A stretch of DNA of 64,000 bases from Candidatus Saccharimonadota bacterium. Its GTDB lineage: Bacteria; Patescibacteriota; Saccharimonadia; Saccharimonadales; Saccharimonadaceae. Made by a program: the position numbers and the translations under genes. Numbering within the stretch: the first letter of the stretch is position 1; each line of letters begins with the position of its first letter. The notes under the pieces were generated by a model, which was not told the origin of the DNA, did not search any database, and saw only the letters and a program-made list of their open reading frames with translations. The stretch is from contig JAFRCN010000002.1 of NCBI GenBank assembly GCA_017404335.1, positions 101,821 to 165,820 of the forward strand, given 5' to 3'. This document shows, piece by piece, positions 56,367 to 64,000 of this stretch.

Positions 56367-56966
56367 ATGGCGAAAATAAACCGAAAATATATCGACAAAC
56401 ACTGGCTAGTGTTTTTGTTCCGCGGGGCGCTCGCGACAATTTTTAGCTGTTTTATGTTGTTTAGTGGAATAACCGAAATCGGAAATATTATTACTATCGT
56501 AAGTGTTTTTCTTCTCTTTATGGGGATTGTCGACACGGTCGGGGCGCTGTATAGTTCAACCAAAAAGCACGGTTGGCTTAACGCGGTGATCGATGCGCTG
56601 GTCGACGTTATAGCGGCGCTTGTCTTGCTCCTCTTTACGAAAGATAATCTAATTTATAGTCTAATTGTTGTCGCAATTTATGTCATCGTTTCGGGCCTGA
56701 TTGATATTTTCCACGGATTTCTTTCGACGGTCGACCCGACGGACCGCTTTATTCGAGTTTTGACTGGCGTGGCGGGATGTATAATTGGCGCAGTAATTAT
56801 TAATTCGGGCGACTTTGAGATGACGACCTTTATCCGATTCTTCGGAGCATATATGCTACTAGTCGGAGCGAGTAGCTTAATTTATGGCGTACATAACAGA
56901 GCACAAAATATTGAAGATAAAGTTGCCCGAAAAGAAGCTCGTAAGCACGCAAAAAGGAAAAAATAA
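56367..56966 (+). CDS. HdeD/DUF308-family membrane protein
   Basis: Six TM segments and a WLVFLFRGALATIF N-terminus. Confidence 0.6.
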   Translation: MAKINRKYIDKHWLVFLFRGALATIFSCFMLFSGITEIGNIITIVSVFLLFMGIVDTVGALYSSTKKHGWLNAVIDALVDVIAALVLLLFTKDNLIYSLIVVAIYVIVSGLIDIFHGFLSTVDPTDRFIRVLTGVAGCIIGAVIINSGDFEMTTFIRFFGAYMLLVGASSLIYGVHNRAQNIEDKVARKEARKHAKRKK

Positions 56967-57008
56967 CTTTTTCCTCTTTATATGTTATAATCTTCTTAAG
57001 GAGATTTT

Positions 57009-57872
57009 ATGAAAGCGATTATTACGGATGCGGGGTTTGCGAGCCGCTATCTACCGATAACAAAAACTATTCCGAAGGCAATGATTCCGATTGGAGCGAA
57101 GCCGGTCATGCAGCTTTGCGTTGAGGAATGCGCCGAAGCGGGAATCGACGAGATAATTATCGTTGCGACGCCAAATACAATGTCGAAGCAGATTTACGAC
57201 GATTATTTTCATAGCCAGTCGGAAAATGTCAAGGCTTTGCTCGAAAAGCAGGGTAAAATGGACCGCTTCGCGCCGGTCGAGAAGATTTTGAACTTTCCGA
57301 AGATTACGGTGATTGAGCAGGATTCGACTTTGCCTTACGGCAACGGGTCGCCGATTGTTTCGGCGCGAAAGTTTGTCGAAAACGACGAAGCGTTTGTGGT
57401 ATTATATAGCGACGACTTGATTTTGGGAGAAGGCGATGTAAAAACCTTGATTGAAACCTACCGCGAGAATCCAGGGGCCAAGGCGGTAATCGCCGCACAA
57501 GAAATGCCGGAGGAGGTTTGGAACCGATACGGGATGATAGCGCTAAAAGAAAACGGAACTTTAAGCCACATCGTCGAAAAGCCGAAGACGCCAGATTTAT
57601 CACCAAGTAATTTAACATCGTACGGACGATATTTGCTAACACCGGAAGTGTTTGACTATCTGATTCCTTCAAATACCGGTCTAGACGGAGAACTTTGGAC
57701 GGTGGATGCGATTACGAAGCTAGCCGAGAATGGAGACGTGATTATTGCGCGAAGTAAAGGACGTTGGATTACGACGGGCGACCCGAAAAATTACTTTATG
57801 GCGCACCTTGAATACGTTTTATCGGAAAGCGACTACGGCGACGACGTGCGGAATTTTATTCAGAATCATTAG
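57009..57872 (+). CDS. galU: UTP-glucose-1-phosphate uridylyltransferase family
   Basis: KAIITDAGFASRYLPITKTIPKAMIPI...AGIDEIIIV is a GalU-like N-terminus. Confidence 0.8.
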   Translation: MKAIITDAGFASRYLPITKTIPKAMIPIGAKPVMQLCVEECAEAGIDEIIIVATPNTMSKQIYDDYFHSQSENVKALLEKQGKMDRFAPVEKILNFPKITVIEQDSTLPYGNGSPIVSARKFVENDEAFVVLYSDDLILGEGDVKTLIETYRENPGAKAVIAAQEMPEEVWNRYGMIALKENGTLSHIVEKPKTPDLSPSNLTSYGRYLLTPEVFDYLIPSNTGLDGELWTVDAITKLAENGDVIIARSKGRWITTGDPKNYFMAHLEYVLSESDYGDDVRNFIQNH

Positions 57873-57901
57873 GTGTGATATAATAAAAGAAAAGGAGAAA
57901 A

Positions 57902-58207
57902 ATGAACGTAGCAGAATGGGTTTTAGTAGTAATACTTAGCGTCACACTTTTGGTGTTTTTGATCCTCGGTATCGTTTTAGTAGTCGGATTAATCGGCGTG
58001 ACGAAAGAAGCGAAAAAAGTAATCGTAAAGAGCCAAGACATCGCGGACAATGCAAACGGAATCGTCTCGAACGTTAAAGGGATGACTTCGATTGGTGGAG
58101 TCGTGCAGACGTTTGTCGACAAATACGTCGAGCCAAAGGTTAAAGAAAAAGTCAAAGAAGCCAACAAAACTAAAAAGAAAGGAGAGGCAGATGGCGGAGG
58201 AAAATAA
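57902..58207 (+). CDS. small membrane protein, DUF948-like
   Basis: AAGGAG RBS, a single N-terminal TM segment, and a coiled basic tail. Confidence 0.5.
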   Translation: MNVAEWVLVVILSVTLLVFLILGIVLVVGLIGVTKEAKKVIVKSQDIADNANGIVSNVKGMTSIGGVVQTFVDKYVEPKVKEKVKEANKTKKKGEADGGGK

Positions 58208-58448
58208 GAAAAAGAGTGGGTTTGGTAAATTTGCGCTCGGAGCGCTGATTGGGGCGGCAGCTGGTGCAGTAGCCGGAAAGGTTATTAGCAAAAAACTAAA
58301 AGATAAAAAGGGTTGCAAGTGTGGCGACGGATGCGACTGCGATGATTGTGATTGCGACGGAGACTGCGATTGCGGCGAAAACGACGAAGCTCCTCGCAAA
58401 AAATCTACCAAAAAAGAAGTCGAAGACGAAGACGAAGAAGATTTGTAA
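58191..58448 (+). CDS. YtxH-like small protein with a Cys/Asp repeat tail
   Basis: The start is taken at MAEENKKK after AAAGGAGAG. GALIGAAAGAVAG glycine zipper, then CKCGDGCDCDDCDCDGDCDCG. Confidence 0.55.
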   Translation: MAEENKKKSGFGKFALGALIGAAAGAVAGKVISKKLKDKKGCKCGDGCDCDDCDCDGDCDCGENDEAPRKKSTKKEVEDEDEEDL

Positions 58449-61400
58449 ATGAAGCTTAGCCCAAGTGATTTTGTGCATCTGCATAACCATACGCACTATT
58501 CGCTTCTAGACGGGCTGACAAAAGTTCCAGAGTTAGTCAAATTCGTAAAAGATGAGGGGATGGAGGCGGTTGCGGTAACGGACCACGGCACGATGTCGGG
58601 GTTGGTTGAGCTATATAAAGAATGCAATGATGCCGGGATTAAGCCACTTCTCGGATTGGAGGCCTATGTTGCGGCGCGGAAGATGACCGACCGCGACCCC
58701 GCGCACGATAAGCAGCGGTTTCATATTACGCTGATTGCGATGAACAACAAGGGGTTTGAAAACCTCTGTCGGATTATGAGTAACGCCGAAGAACACGGTA
58801 AATATTATAAACCGCGCACCGACCATGAGGAGCTAGAGAAATACAACGAAGGGATAATCTGTCTTTCTGGCTGTATGGGCTCGGAAATTTCGGAGGCGAT
58901 TCGAGCGGGCGATGACGAAAGGGCGTTCGAGCTAATCGATTGGTATCGAAATGTGTTTAAGGATCGGTTCTACCTCGAAATGCAAGACCACGGACACCCG
59001 AAGTCGACGACGCATTCGGAAGAACAGAAGAAGGTCAACGACTGGCATATGGCGCACGCGAAAGAGTTGGGACTACCCCTCGTGGTAACCTGCGACGCGC
59101 ATTATCTAAAGAAAGAAGATCAGGATGCGCACGAAGTTTTACTCTGCATCGGTACAGCGGCGAATCTGTCGGACACGAATCGGATGACTTTAAAGGATTA
59201 TGATTTGCATGTGATTCCGGCGGAGGAAATTATTTCACACTGGGAGGATACTTGCCCGGAGGCGATTTTAAATACGAAGCGGATTGCGGATAGATGTAAT
59301 GTCGACCTACAACTCGGGCGGATTTTGATCCCGAAGTTTCCGGTGCCGGACGGGGAAGACGAGAAAACTTACCTCGATAAATTGGTTTTTCAGGGATTGG
59401 TTTATCGATATGGCGGGAAAAAGCTCGAGGAGACATTGGATTTAAGCGTTGAAGATTGTCGGAAAATTCTGGAAGAGGTCGACAAAGAGCGCGACGAGGC
59501 GCATAAAGTTTTGCCGAGAATCGATTACGAGCTCTCAGTCGTCGATAAAATGGGTTATAATGGCTACTTTTTGATTGTGCAAGACTTTATTAACTGGGGA
59601 AAATCACAAAGGATTGTTTACGGACCGGGGCGAGGCTCGGCGGCCGGGTCGATTCTGGCGTATGCCTTAAGAATTACTGAGTTAGACCCTTTGAAATATG
59701 ACTTGCTTTTCGAAAGGTTTTTGAATCCGGATAGAATTTCGATGCCGGATATTGATACAGATATTCAGGATACTAGGCGTGACGAGGTGATTGAATATTG
59801 CTCGCATAAATACGGGTTCGACCGAGTGTCGAATATTGCGACGTTTGGTAAGATGATGGCGAAAAACGCGGTGAGAGACGTCGCGCGGGTACTCGAAGTG
59901 CCTTACGCGGAAGCAGACCGACTGGCCAAGATGGTACCAGATCCGGTGCAGGGGCATCACGTCAAGCTTGCCGATGCGATAAAAAACGTGCCGGACTTAA
60001 AGCAAGAATACGAGACTAACCCGACCTCGAAGGAGGTGATTGATTTTGCGTCGAGACTTGAAGGCACGATTCGTAACCACGGGGTGCACGCCTGTGGGGT
60101 GATTATCGCGCCGGATGATTTAGTAAAATTCTTGCCACTTGAAGTCTCGGCCAAGGGGCCGATTGCAGCGCAATTTCCGATGGGTCAGGTTGAAGAACTC
60201 GGGCTGCTTAAGATGGACTTCTTGGGATTATCTAATTTGTCGGTAATTAACAACGCGCTTCGAATGATTCGGAAAGTGTATCATGATGATATTGATATGT
60301 ATTCGGTGCCGCTGGATGATGCTAAGACTTATGAACTATTACAACGAGCGGAGACGACCGGCGTCTTCCAGCTAGAATCGGCGGGAATGAAGCGGTATCT
60401 ACGCGACCTGAAGGCGTCGTCGTTTGAGGATATTATCGCGATGGTGGCTTTGTATCGCCCGGGCCCGATGCAGTTTATTGATTCGTTTATTAAAAGAAAG
60501 CACGGTGAAGAGCCGATTACCTATCTGCATCCCGGGTTAGAGAATTCGCTTAAGAATACCTACGGAATCATGATTTATCAAGAGCAATTCATGCAGATTA
60601 GTAAGGAATGGTGCGGGTTTACCGGTGGGCAAGCGGATACTCTGCGTAAGGCGGTAGGGAAGAAAAAGATTGATCTAATGAAAAAGGTGAAACCGGAGTT
60701 CATCAAGGGGGCGGTGGAAATTGGCGGAGCAACGGAAGAAATCGCAGAGACTTTTTGGTCACAGCTTTTGGATTTTGCAAACTACTGCTTTAATAAGTCG
60801 CACGCCGCGTGCTACGCTCTGATTGCGTATTGGACGGCGTATTTAAAGGCGCATTATCCCGACGCTTTCATGGCGGCTTTAATGACGGCGGATATGCGAT
60901 GGACGGACCGGCTGGCGATTGAGATGGCGGAATGTAAGAAAATGGGGATTAAGGTACTTGGTCCGGATATTAACCAATCGTACGGCGATTTCGGTATCGT
61001 CGGCGGAGAAAATACGATCCGCTTCGGGCTTTCGGGGATTAAAAGTATGGGGAAGGCGCTGGTAGAAGAATATGTTATACCAGAACGCGATAAAAATGGT
61101 CCGTTTAAATCGGTTTGCGACTTCGCGAAGCGAGTTGATTCGACAAAGTTCAACAAAAAATCTTGGGAAGCGGCGATCAAGACGGGGGCGTTCGACCGCT
61201 TCGGCGCTTCACGGTCGGATTTACTGTTTAACCTAGAAGCGATTCAGGCGTATGGTTCAAAAATCCAAAAAGACGTCGGTTCGGGACAGACGGATTTATT
61301 CGGGATGATGGGTGAAGCTGGGGCGGTGCCGGAAGTAGAAATCAAGCCGGCACCAGTGCAACATCCAGACAAAGAACAGCTACTATGGGAACGGGATTTA

Positions 61401-62186
61401 ATGGGGCTTTATCTTTCGGCACATCCTTTAGATAAATATGATACGTATTTCGAGGAACAGACGCACCCGATGACACTGATCTCGACGGAAAACGACAATA
61501 AAATGATTACCATCGGAGGGATTATTACGGCGGTTCGGACGATTTTAACCAAAAAAGGCGATAAAATGGCGTTTGTCAAAATTGAGAACAAAACTGACGA
61601 GGCGGAGTTTATTGTTTTTCCGACGGTTTTTGCCGAACACGGAGCGAAGTTGGTCGTAGATAATGTAGTAAGAGTAAAAGGAAAGGTCAATGCGACAGAT
61701 AAAGATGGGAATACTACTTCTGATGTTAAGCTTCTGGCTGAGGTTATTGAGGTAGTTTCGGATGAGATTTTGAGTTCTTATCAGTCGACCGGGACGAAGT
61801 TAGCGGCGCCTACTTTAGCGCCACCAAATGGACGCGGAAGGCGAGGACGTTCTTCGGCGGAGAGGGTCTATAACGGGGGTGGAGGTGGAATGGGGGCGCG
61901 GCCAGAATTGCCGGTAATCGACGCGCCACGCGTCTTAAAGGAGCCACCAAAAGACCCGCGGAAAGAAAGGTTGTATCTTTTGATTGAGAACCCGAATGAC
62001 GCCGAGACTTTAACTGCAATAAGGCGGCTAGCGGATTTAAATCTAGGGTTTCAGGATGTTGTTTTGGTTCTAAAAGAGGGGGAAACTAAGCGTCCCTTAA
62101 AGATGCCGTTTAGAGTGGATGCGAATGAAGATTTATTGGCTAAACTAAAGGAGCTTTTGGGGGAAGAAGCGGTAAAGGTTTGCTAG
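58449..62186 (+). CDS. dnaE: DNA polymerase III alpha subunit with a C-terminal extension
   Basis: PHP N-terminus (HLHNHTHYSLLDG) and polymerase core motifs. 1245 aa. The ATG directly follows the upstream stop. Confidence 0.95.
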   Translation: MKLSPSDFVHLHNHTHYSLLDGLTKVPELVKFVKDEGMEAVAVTDHGTMSGLVELYKECNDAGIKPLLGLEAYVAARKMTDRDPAHDKQRFHITLIAMNNKGFENLCRIMSNAEEHGKYYKPRTDHEELEKYNEGIICLSGCMGSEISEAIRAGDDERAFELIDWYRNVFKDRFYLEMQDHGHPKSTTHSEEQKKVNDWHMAHAKELGLPLVVTCDAHYLKKEDQDAHEVLLCIGTAANLSDTNRMTLKDYDLHVIPAEEIISHWEDTCPEAILNTKRIADRCNVDLQLGRILIPKFPVPDGEDEKTYLDKLVFQGLVYRYGGKKLEETLDLSVEDCRKILEEVDKERDEAHKVLPRIDYELSVVDKMGYNGYFLIVQDFINWGKSQRIVYGPGRGSAAGSILAYALRITELDPLKYDLLFERFLNPDRISMPDIDTDIQDTRRDEVIEYCSHKYGFDRVSNIATFGKMMAKNAVRDVARVLEVPYAEADRLAKMVPDPVQGHHVKLADAIKNVPDLKQEYETNPTSKEVIDFASRLEGTIRNHGVHACGVIIAPDDLVKFLPLEVSAKGPIAAQFPMGQVEELGLLKMDFLGLSNLSVINNALRMIRKVYHDDIDMYSVPLDDAKTYELLQRAETTGVFQLESAGMKRYLRDLKASSFEDIIAMVALYRPGPMQFIDSFIKRKHGEEPITYLHPGLENSLKNTYGIMIYQEQFMQISKEWCGFTGGQADTLRKAVGKKKIDLMKKVKPEFIKGAVEIGGATEEIAETFWSQLLDFANYCFNKSHAACYALIAYWTAYLKAHYPDAFMAALMTADMRWTDRLAIEMAECKKMGIKVLGPDINQSYGDFGIVGGENTIRFGLSGIKSMGKALVEEYVIPERDKNGPFKSVCDFAKRVDSTKFNKKSWEAAIKTGAFDRFGASRSDLLFNLEAIQAYGSKIQKDVGSGQTDLFGMMGEAGAVPEVEIKPAPVQHPDKEQLLWERDLMGLYLSAHPLDKYDTYFEEQTHPMTLISTENDNKMITIGGIITAVRTILTKKGDKMAFVKIENKTDEAEFIVFPTVFAEHGAKLVVDNVVRVKGKVNATDKDGNTTSDVKLLAEVIEVVSDEILSSYQSTGTKLAAPTLAPPNGRGRRGRSSAERVYNGGGGGMGARPELPVIDAPRVLKEPPKDPRKERLYLLIENPNDAETLTAIRRLADLNLGFQDVVLVLKEGETKRPLKMPFRVDANEDLLAKLKELLGEEAVKVC

Positions 62187-62231
62187 TATTAGTCGGAGTT
62201 ACTAGCGGGCGACTTGTGCTATAATTAAGGT

Positions 62232-62648
62232 ATGAAAAAACGGAAGGTGGCGGATTCGGTGACGATTAATCGAAAGGCAAGGTTCGATTATGTTTTGGGC
62301 GACGAATTAACCGTTGGAATGGTCCTAAATGGGCCCGAAGTTCGCTCGATTCGCGACCATCACGTCCAGCTGAAAGGCTCTTTCGTGACAATTCGAGGTT
62401 CGGAGTTATGGCTGAACAACTTAACTCTCGGCGCAGAGACGGCGAGAAACATTAAACTGCTCGCGACGAGAAGGCAAATCGAAGCCTTAGAACGTGAAAA
62501 AGTAGCCGGATCGACTATTGTGCCGGTTAAGCTACTCGGTGGGTCGAGACATATTAAGCTCGTAATCGCCGTCGGGAAAGGGAAGAAGAAATACGATAAG
62601 CGCGAGACGATTAAAAAACGGGATTTTGAGAGAGGGAAATATAGCTAG
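62232..62648 (+). CDS. smpB: SsrA-binding protein
   Basis: NRKARFDY..., LKGSFV and the KKRD tail are typical of SmpB. Leaderless layout. Confidence 0.9.
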   Translation: MKKRKVADSVTINRKARFDYVLGDELTVGMVLNGPEVRSIRDHHVQLKGSFVTIRGSELWLNNLTLGAETARNIKLLATRRQIEALEREKVAGSTIVPVKLLGGSRHIKLVIAVGKGKKKYDKRETIKKRDFERGKYS

Positions 62649-62700
62649 GTGTCGCAATTAAATGAACCTCTAGTCCAATCATAGGATTTGATGCGCATGG

Positions 62701-62729
62701 AAAATCCGCTCCTCCTGGGAGCGGATTTT
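62701..62729. terminator. bidirectional terminator
   Basis: AAAATCCGCTCC-tcct-GGGAGCGGATTTT. Confidence 0.75.
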
Positions 62730-62737
62730 GGTATTAA

Positions 62738-62965
62738 TTAGTCCTGGATTGGTTTTCTACCGATGAGCTCATCGACTGAAACATTGAAGAAGTCGGCCAA
62801 AAGCACTGCGTTTCTGAGGCTAGGTTCCATATACCCGTTCAGCCATTTACTGAGTGAGGTTCTCTGCACGTCAGCCTCTCTCGCAATCTGCGATATCGAC
62901 AGGCTGGTTCTTTTGATTAACTTCCTCAAGTTACACGGATCAAACTTATACATACTCGCCATCAT
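62738..62965 (-). CDS. XRE-family helix-turn-helix regulator
   Basis: SLSISQIAREADVQRTSLSKWLNG is a Cro/C1-type HTH. Classical SD (AAAGGGGGA). The flanks are AT-rich. Confidence 0.8.
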   Translation of the reverse strand: MMASMYKFDPCNLRKLIKRTSLSISQIAREADVQRTSLSKWLNGYMEPSLRNAVLLADFFNVSVDELIGRKPIQD

Positions 62966-63129
62966 GCTATCCCCCTTTCATCCAAAACTAACTCATAAAA
63001 GAACTACAAGTATACCTGATACTCGTTATTATAATAATATCATAATTCTAGAATTAGTCAACTTTTTACGTGTAGTCTTGGTAAGAGAACAGAGGAACAA
63101 TAATAACGGTAATAATAAAATTGGATGAA

Positions 63130-63480
63130 TTAACTGTTCTTTTTGAGTTGGCCAATCATAGCAAAACCATCATAGTAGCGTTGCATCTTTATGGGGTCAG
63201 TATGCCAAGAATTATGGCCAAAAAAGTAATCGCAAAATTCTTCTCTTGCTACAAGGATTTCATGAAGACGGGCGGGACTATTCTGGTTTGCTTTGATGGT
63301 AAAATCAAAGAGTTCCAGAGCGCGATTGATAGCCAAACTCGCCCGCTCGTGCTTGCCTTTACTAGACCATTTCAGAGAACGGGATACTTCACTACCGATA
63401 TTGCCCATTTGATAAGTAATAGGCCGATTCAACCAATCTTGGCGAGCTTCGTCGCTATGGATATATTTCATTTCAACCAT
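63130..63480 (-). CDS. hypothetical protein (helical), second gene of a two-gene operon
   Basis: 116 aa. Overlaps the upstream gene by 13 nt. No family recognised. Confidence 0.55.
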   Translation of the reverse strand: MVEMKYIHSDEARQDWLNRPITYQMGNIGSEVSRSLKWSSKGKHERASLAINRALELFDFTIKANQNSPARLHEILVAREEFCDYFFGHNSWHTDPIKMQRYYDGFAMIGQLKKNS

Positions 63481-63812
63481 TTCGCGACTACTGCTTTAAT
63501 CTTGGCCTGCGTGTCCAAATCTTCAACACTGCGACTGCGATTATTCTGTGTAGGGCGGATATTAATCATAGAATCAAATTCTACCATTTCATTTATATTG
63601 TCTTCGTCCAAATATAAATTAATACCCCAAATATCATACTGGTCTGAGCCGTTTTCGAGAAGAAGTTGCTCGCATTCATAATGCATCGGAGCATCTACCG
63701 CTATGAGCTCGCGGTTAATATCCACCGCGGCCTTAATAGTGTCCTGGTCGATAAAATTCTCGGAAGCCTCGATTAATTCTTGTTTGGTGATAGGCGTTTT
63801 TAGAATTCTCAT
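63468..63812 (-). CDS. small conserved protein, DUF5674-like (assignment from memory)
   Basis: The start is taken at MRILKTPITKQEL, 6 nt after TACAAT. LWGINLY...FDSMINIRP..NRSR pattern. Confidence 0.55.
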   Translation of the reverse strand: MRILKTPITKQELIEASENFIDQDTIKAAVDINRELIAVDAPMHYECEQLLLENGSDQYDIWGINLYLDEDNINEMVEFDSMINIRPTQNNRSRSVEDLDTQAKIKAVVAKWLK

Positions 63813-63936
63813 AGTCCTATTGTAACATAGTTTGCCGACTGCGTGGATTTGCTTATTTCCTCTTTCTTTTTTCATTATGGCATAGGTATAAACAACACGC
63901 CAAAAACCAAAATTGGCGCTATGATATAATAATACT

Positions 63937-64000
63937 ATGAAAATATACTCGTGGAATGTAAATGGACTTCGTGCCGTGATTAACAAAGGGGCATTGCAAG
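63937..64000 (+). CDS. xth: exodeoxyribonuclease III, N-terminal fragment (runs off the window)
   Basis: MKIYSWNVNGLRAVINKG is the canonical Xth/ExoIII N-terminus. The ATG lies 6 nt after TGATATAAT. Confidence 0.7.
   Translation, partial: MKIYSWNVNGLRAVINKGALQ

Noticed and set aside
62649-62737. tmRNA (ssrA) expected next to smpB
   Set aside because: Only a terminator hairpin is present. There is no GGGG...acceptor, T-arm or CCA tail here or in the 54295-54775 gap. A tmRNA-like string in the 42600-42640 region (GGACGGTTCGACCCGCCAG) does not form a proper T-arm and acceptor.
63121-63681. 186-aa ORF on the plus strand
   Set aside because: It lies antisense to the two minus-strand genes, one of which matches a recognisable small-protein family and has promoter and start context. 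The plus-strand product is low complexity.

Overview
Dense, mostly co-directional housekeeping region of a small-genome, Gram-positive-type bacterium. UGA is used as a stop codon. The gene content includes short ProRS, UvrC and EF-Ts, gatCAB, PBP1A, MurJ and two FemAB paralogs. It also includes a sortase-type surface protein and pentose-phosphate and phosphoketolase genes. This fits a Patescibacteria/CPR (Saccharibacteria-like) genome, but that placement is inference only. I call about 60 CDS, one tRNA-Leu(GAG), a probable RNase P RNA and two candidate small RNAs. I saw no rRNA, CRISPR array, transposase or integrase. Main observations: (1) At least four GC-rich, hairpin-forming insertions sit in frame inside gatA, a DegT-type aminotransferase (twice) and one of two FemAB paralogs. 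A similar 74-nt perfect-stem hairpin lies inside the RNase P RNA region. (2) Extended -10 promoters (TGnTATAAT) lie 6-8 nt upstream of the start codon of at least 16 genes, which implies widespread leaderless mRNAs. One case is a pair of overlapping divergent promoters in a 33-nt gap. (3) A phosphoketolase is split into two overlapping ORFs. (4) A membrane-anchored ORF with an HEPN-like RNxxxH motif is translationally coupled inside gatCAB. (5) Several inserts look compositionally foreign: a type-2 IleRS next to tRNA-Leu with a 16-nt att-like repeat, an orphan gene splitting nifS and nifU, surface proteins, and an XRE module. All composition statements are by eye and were not computed.
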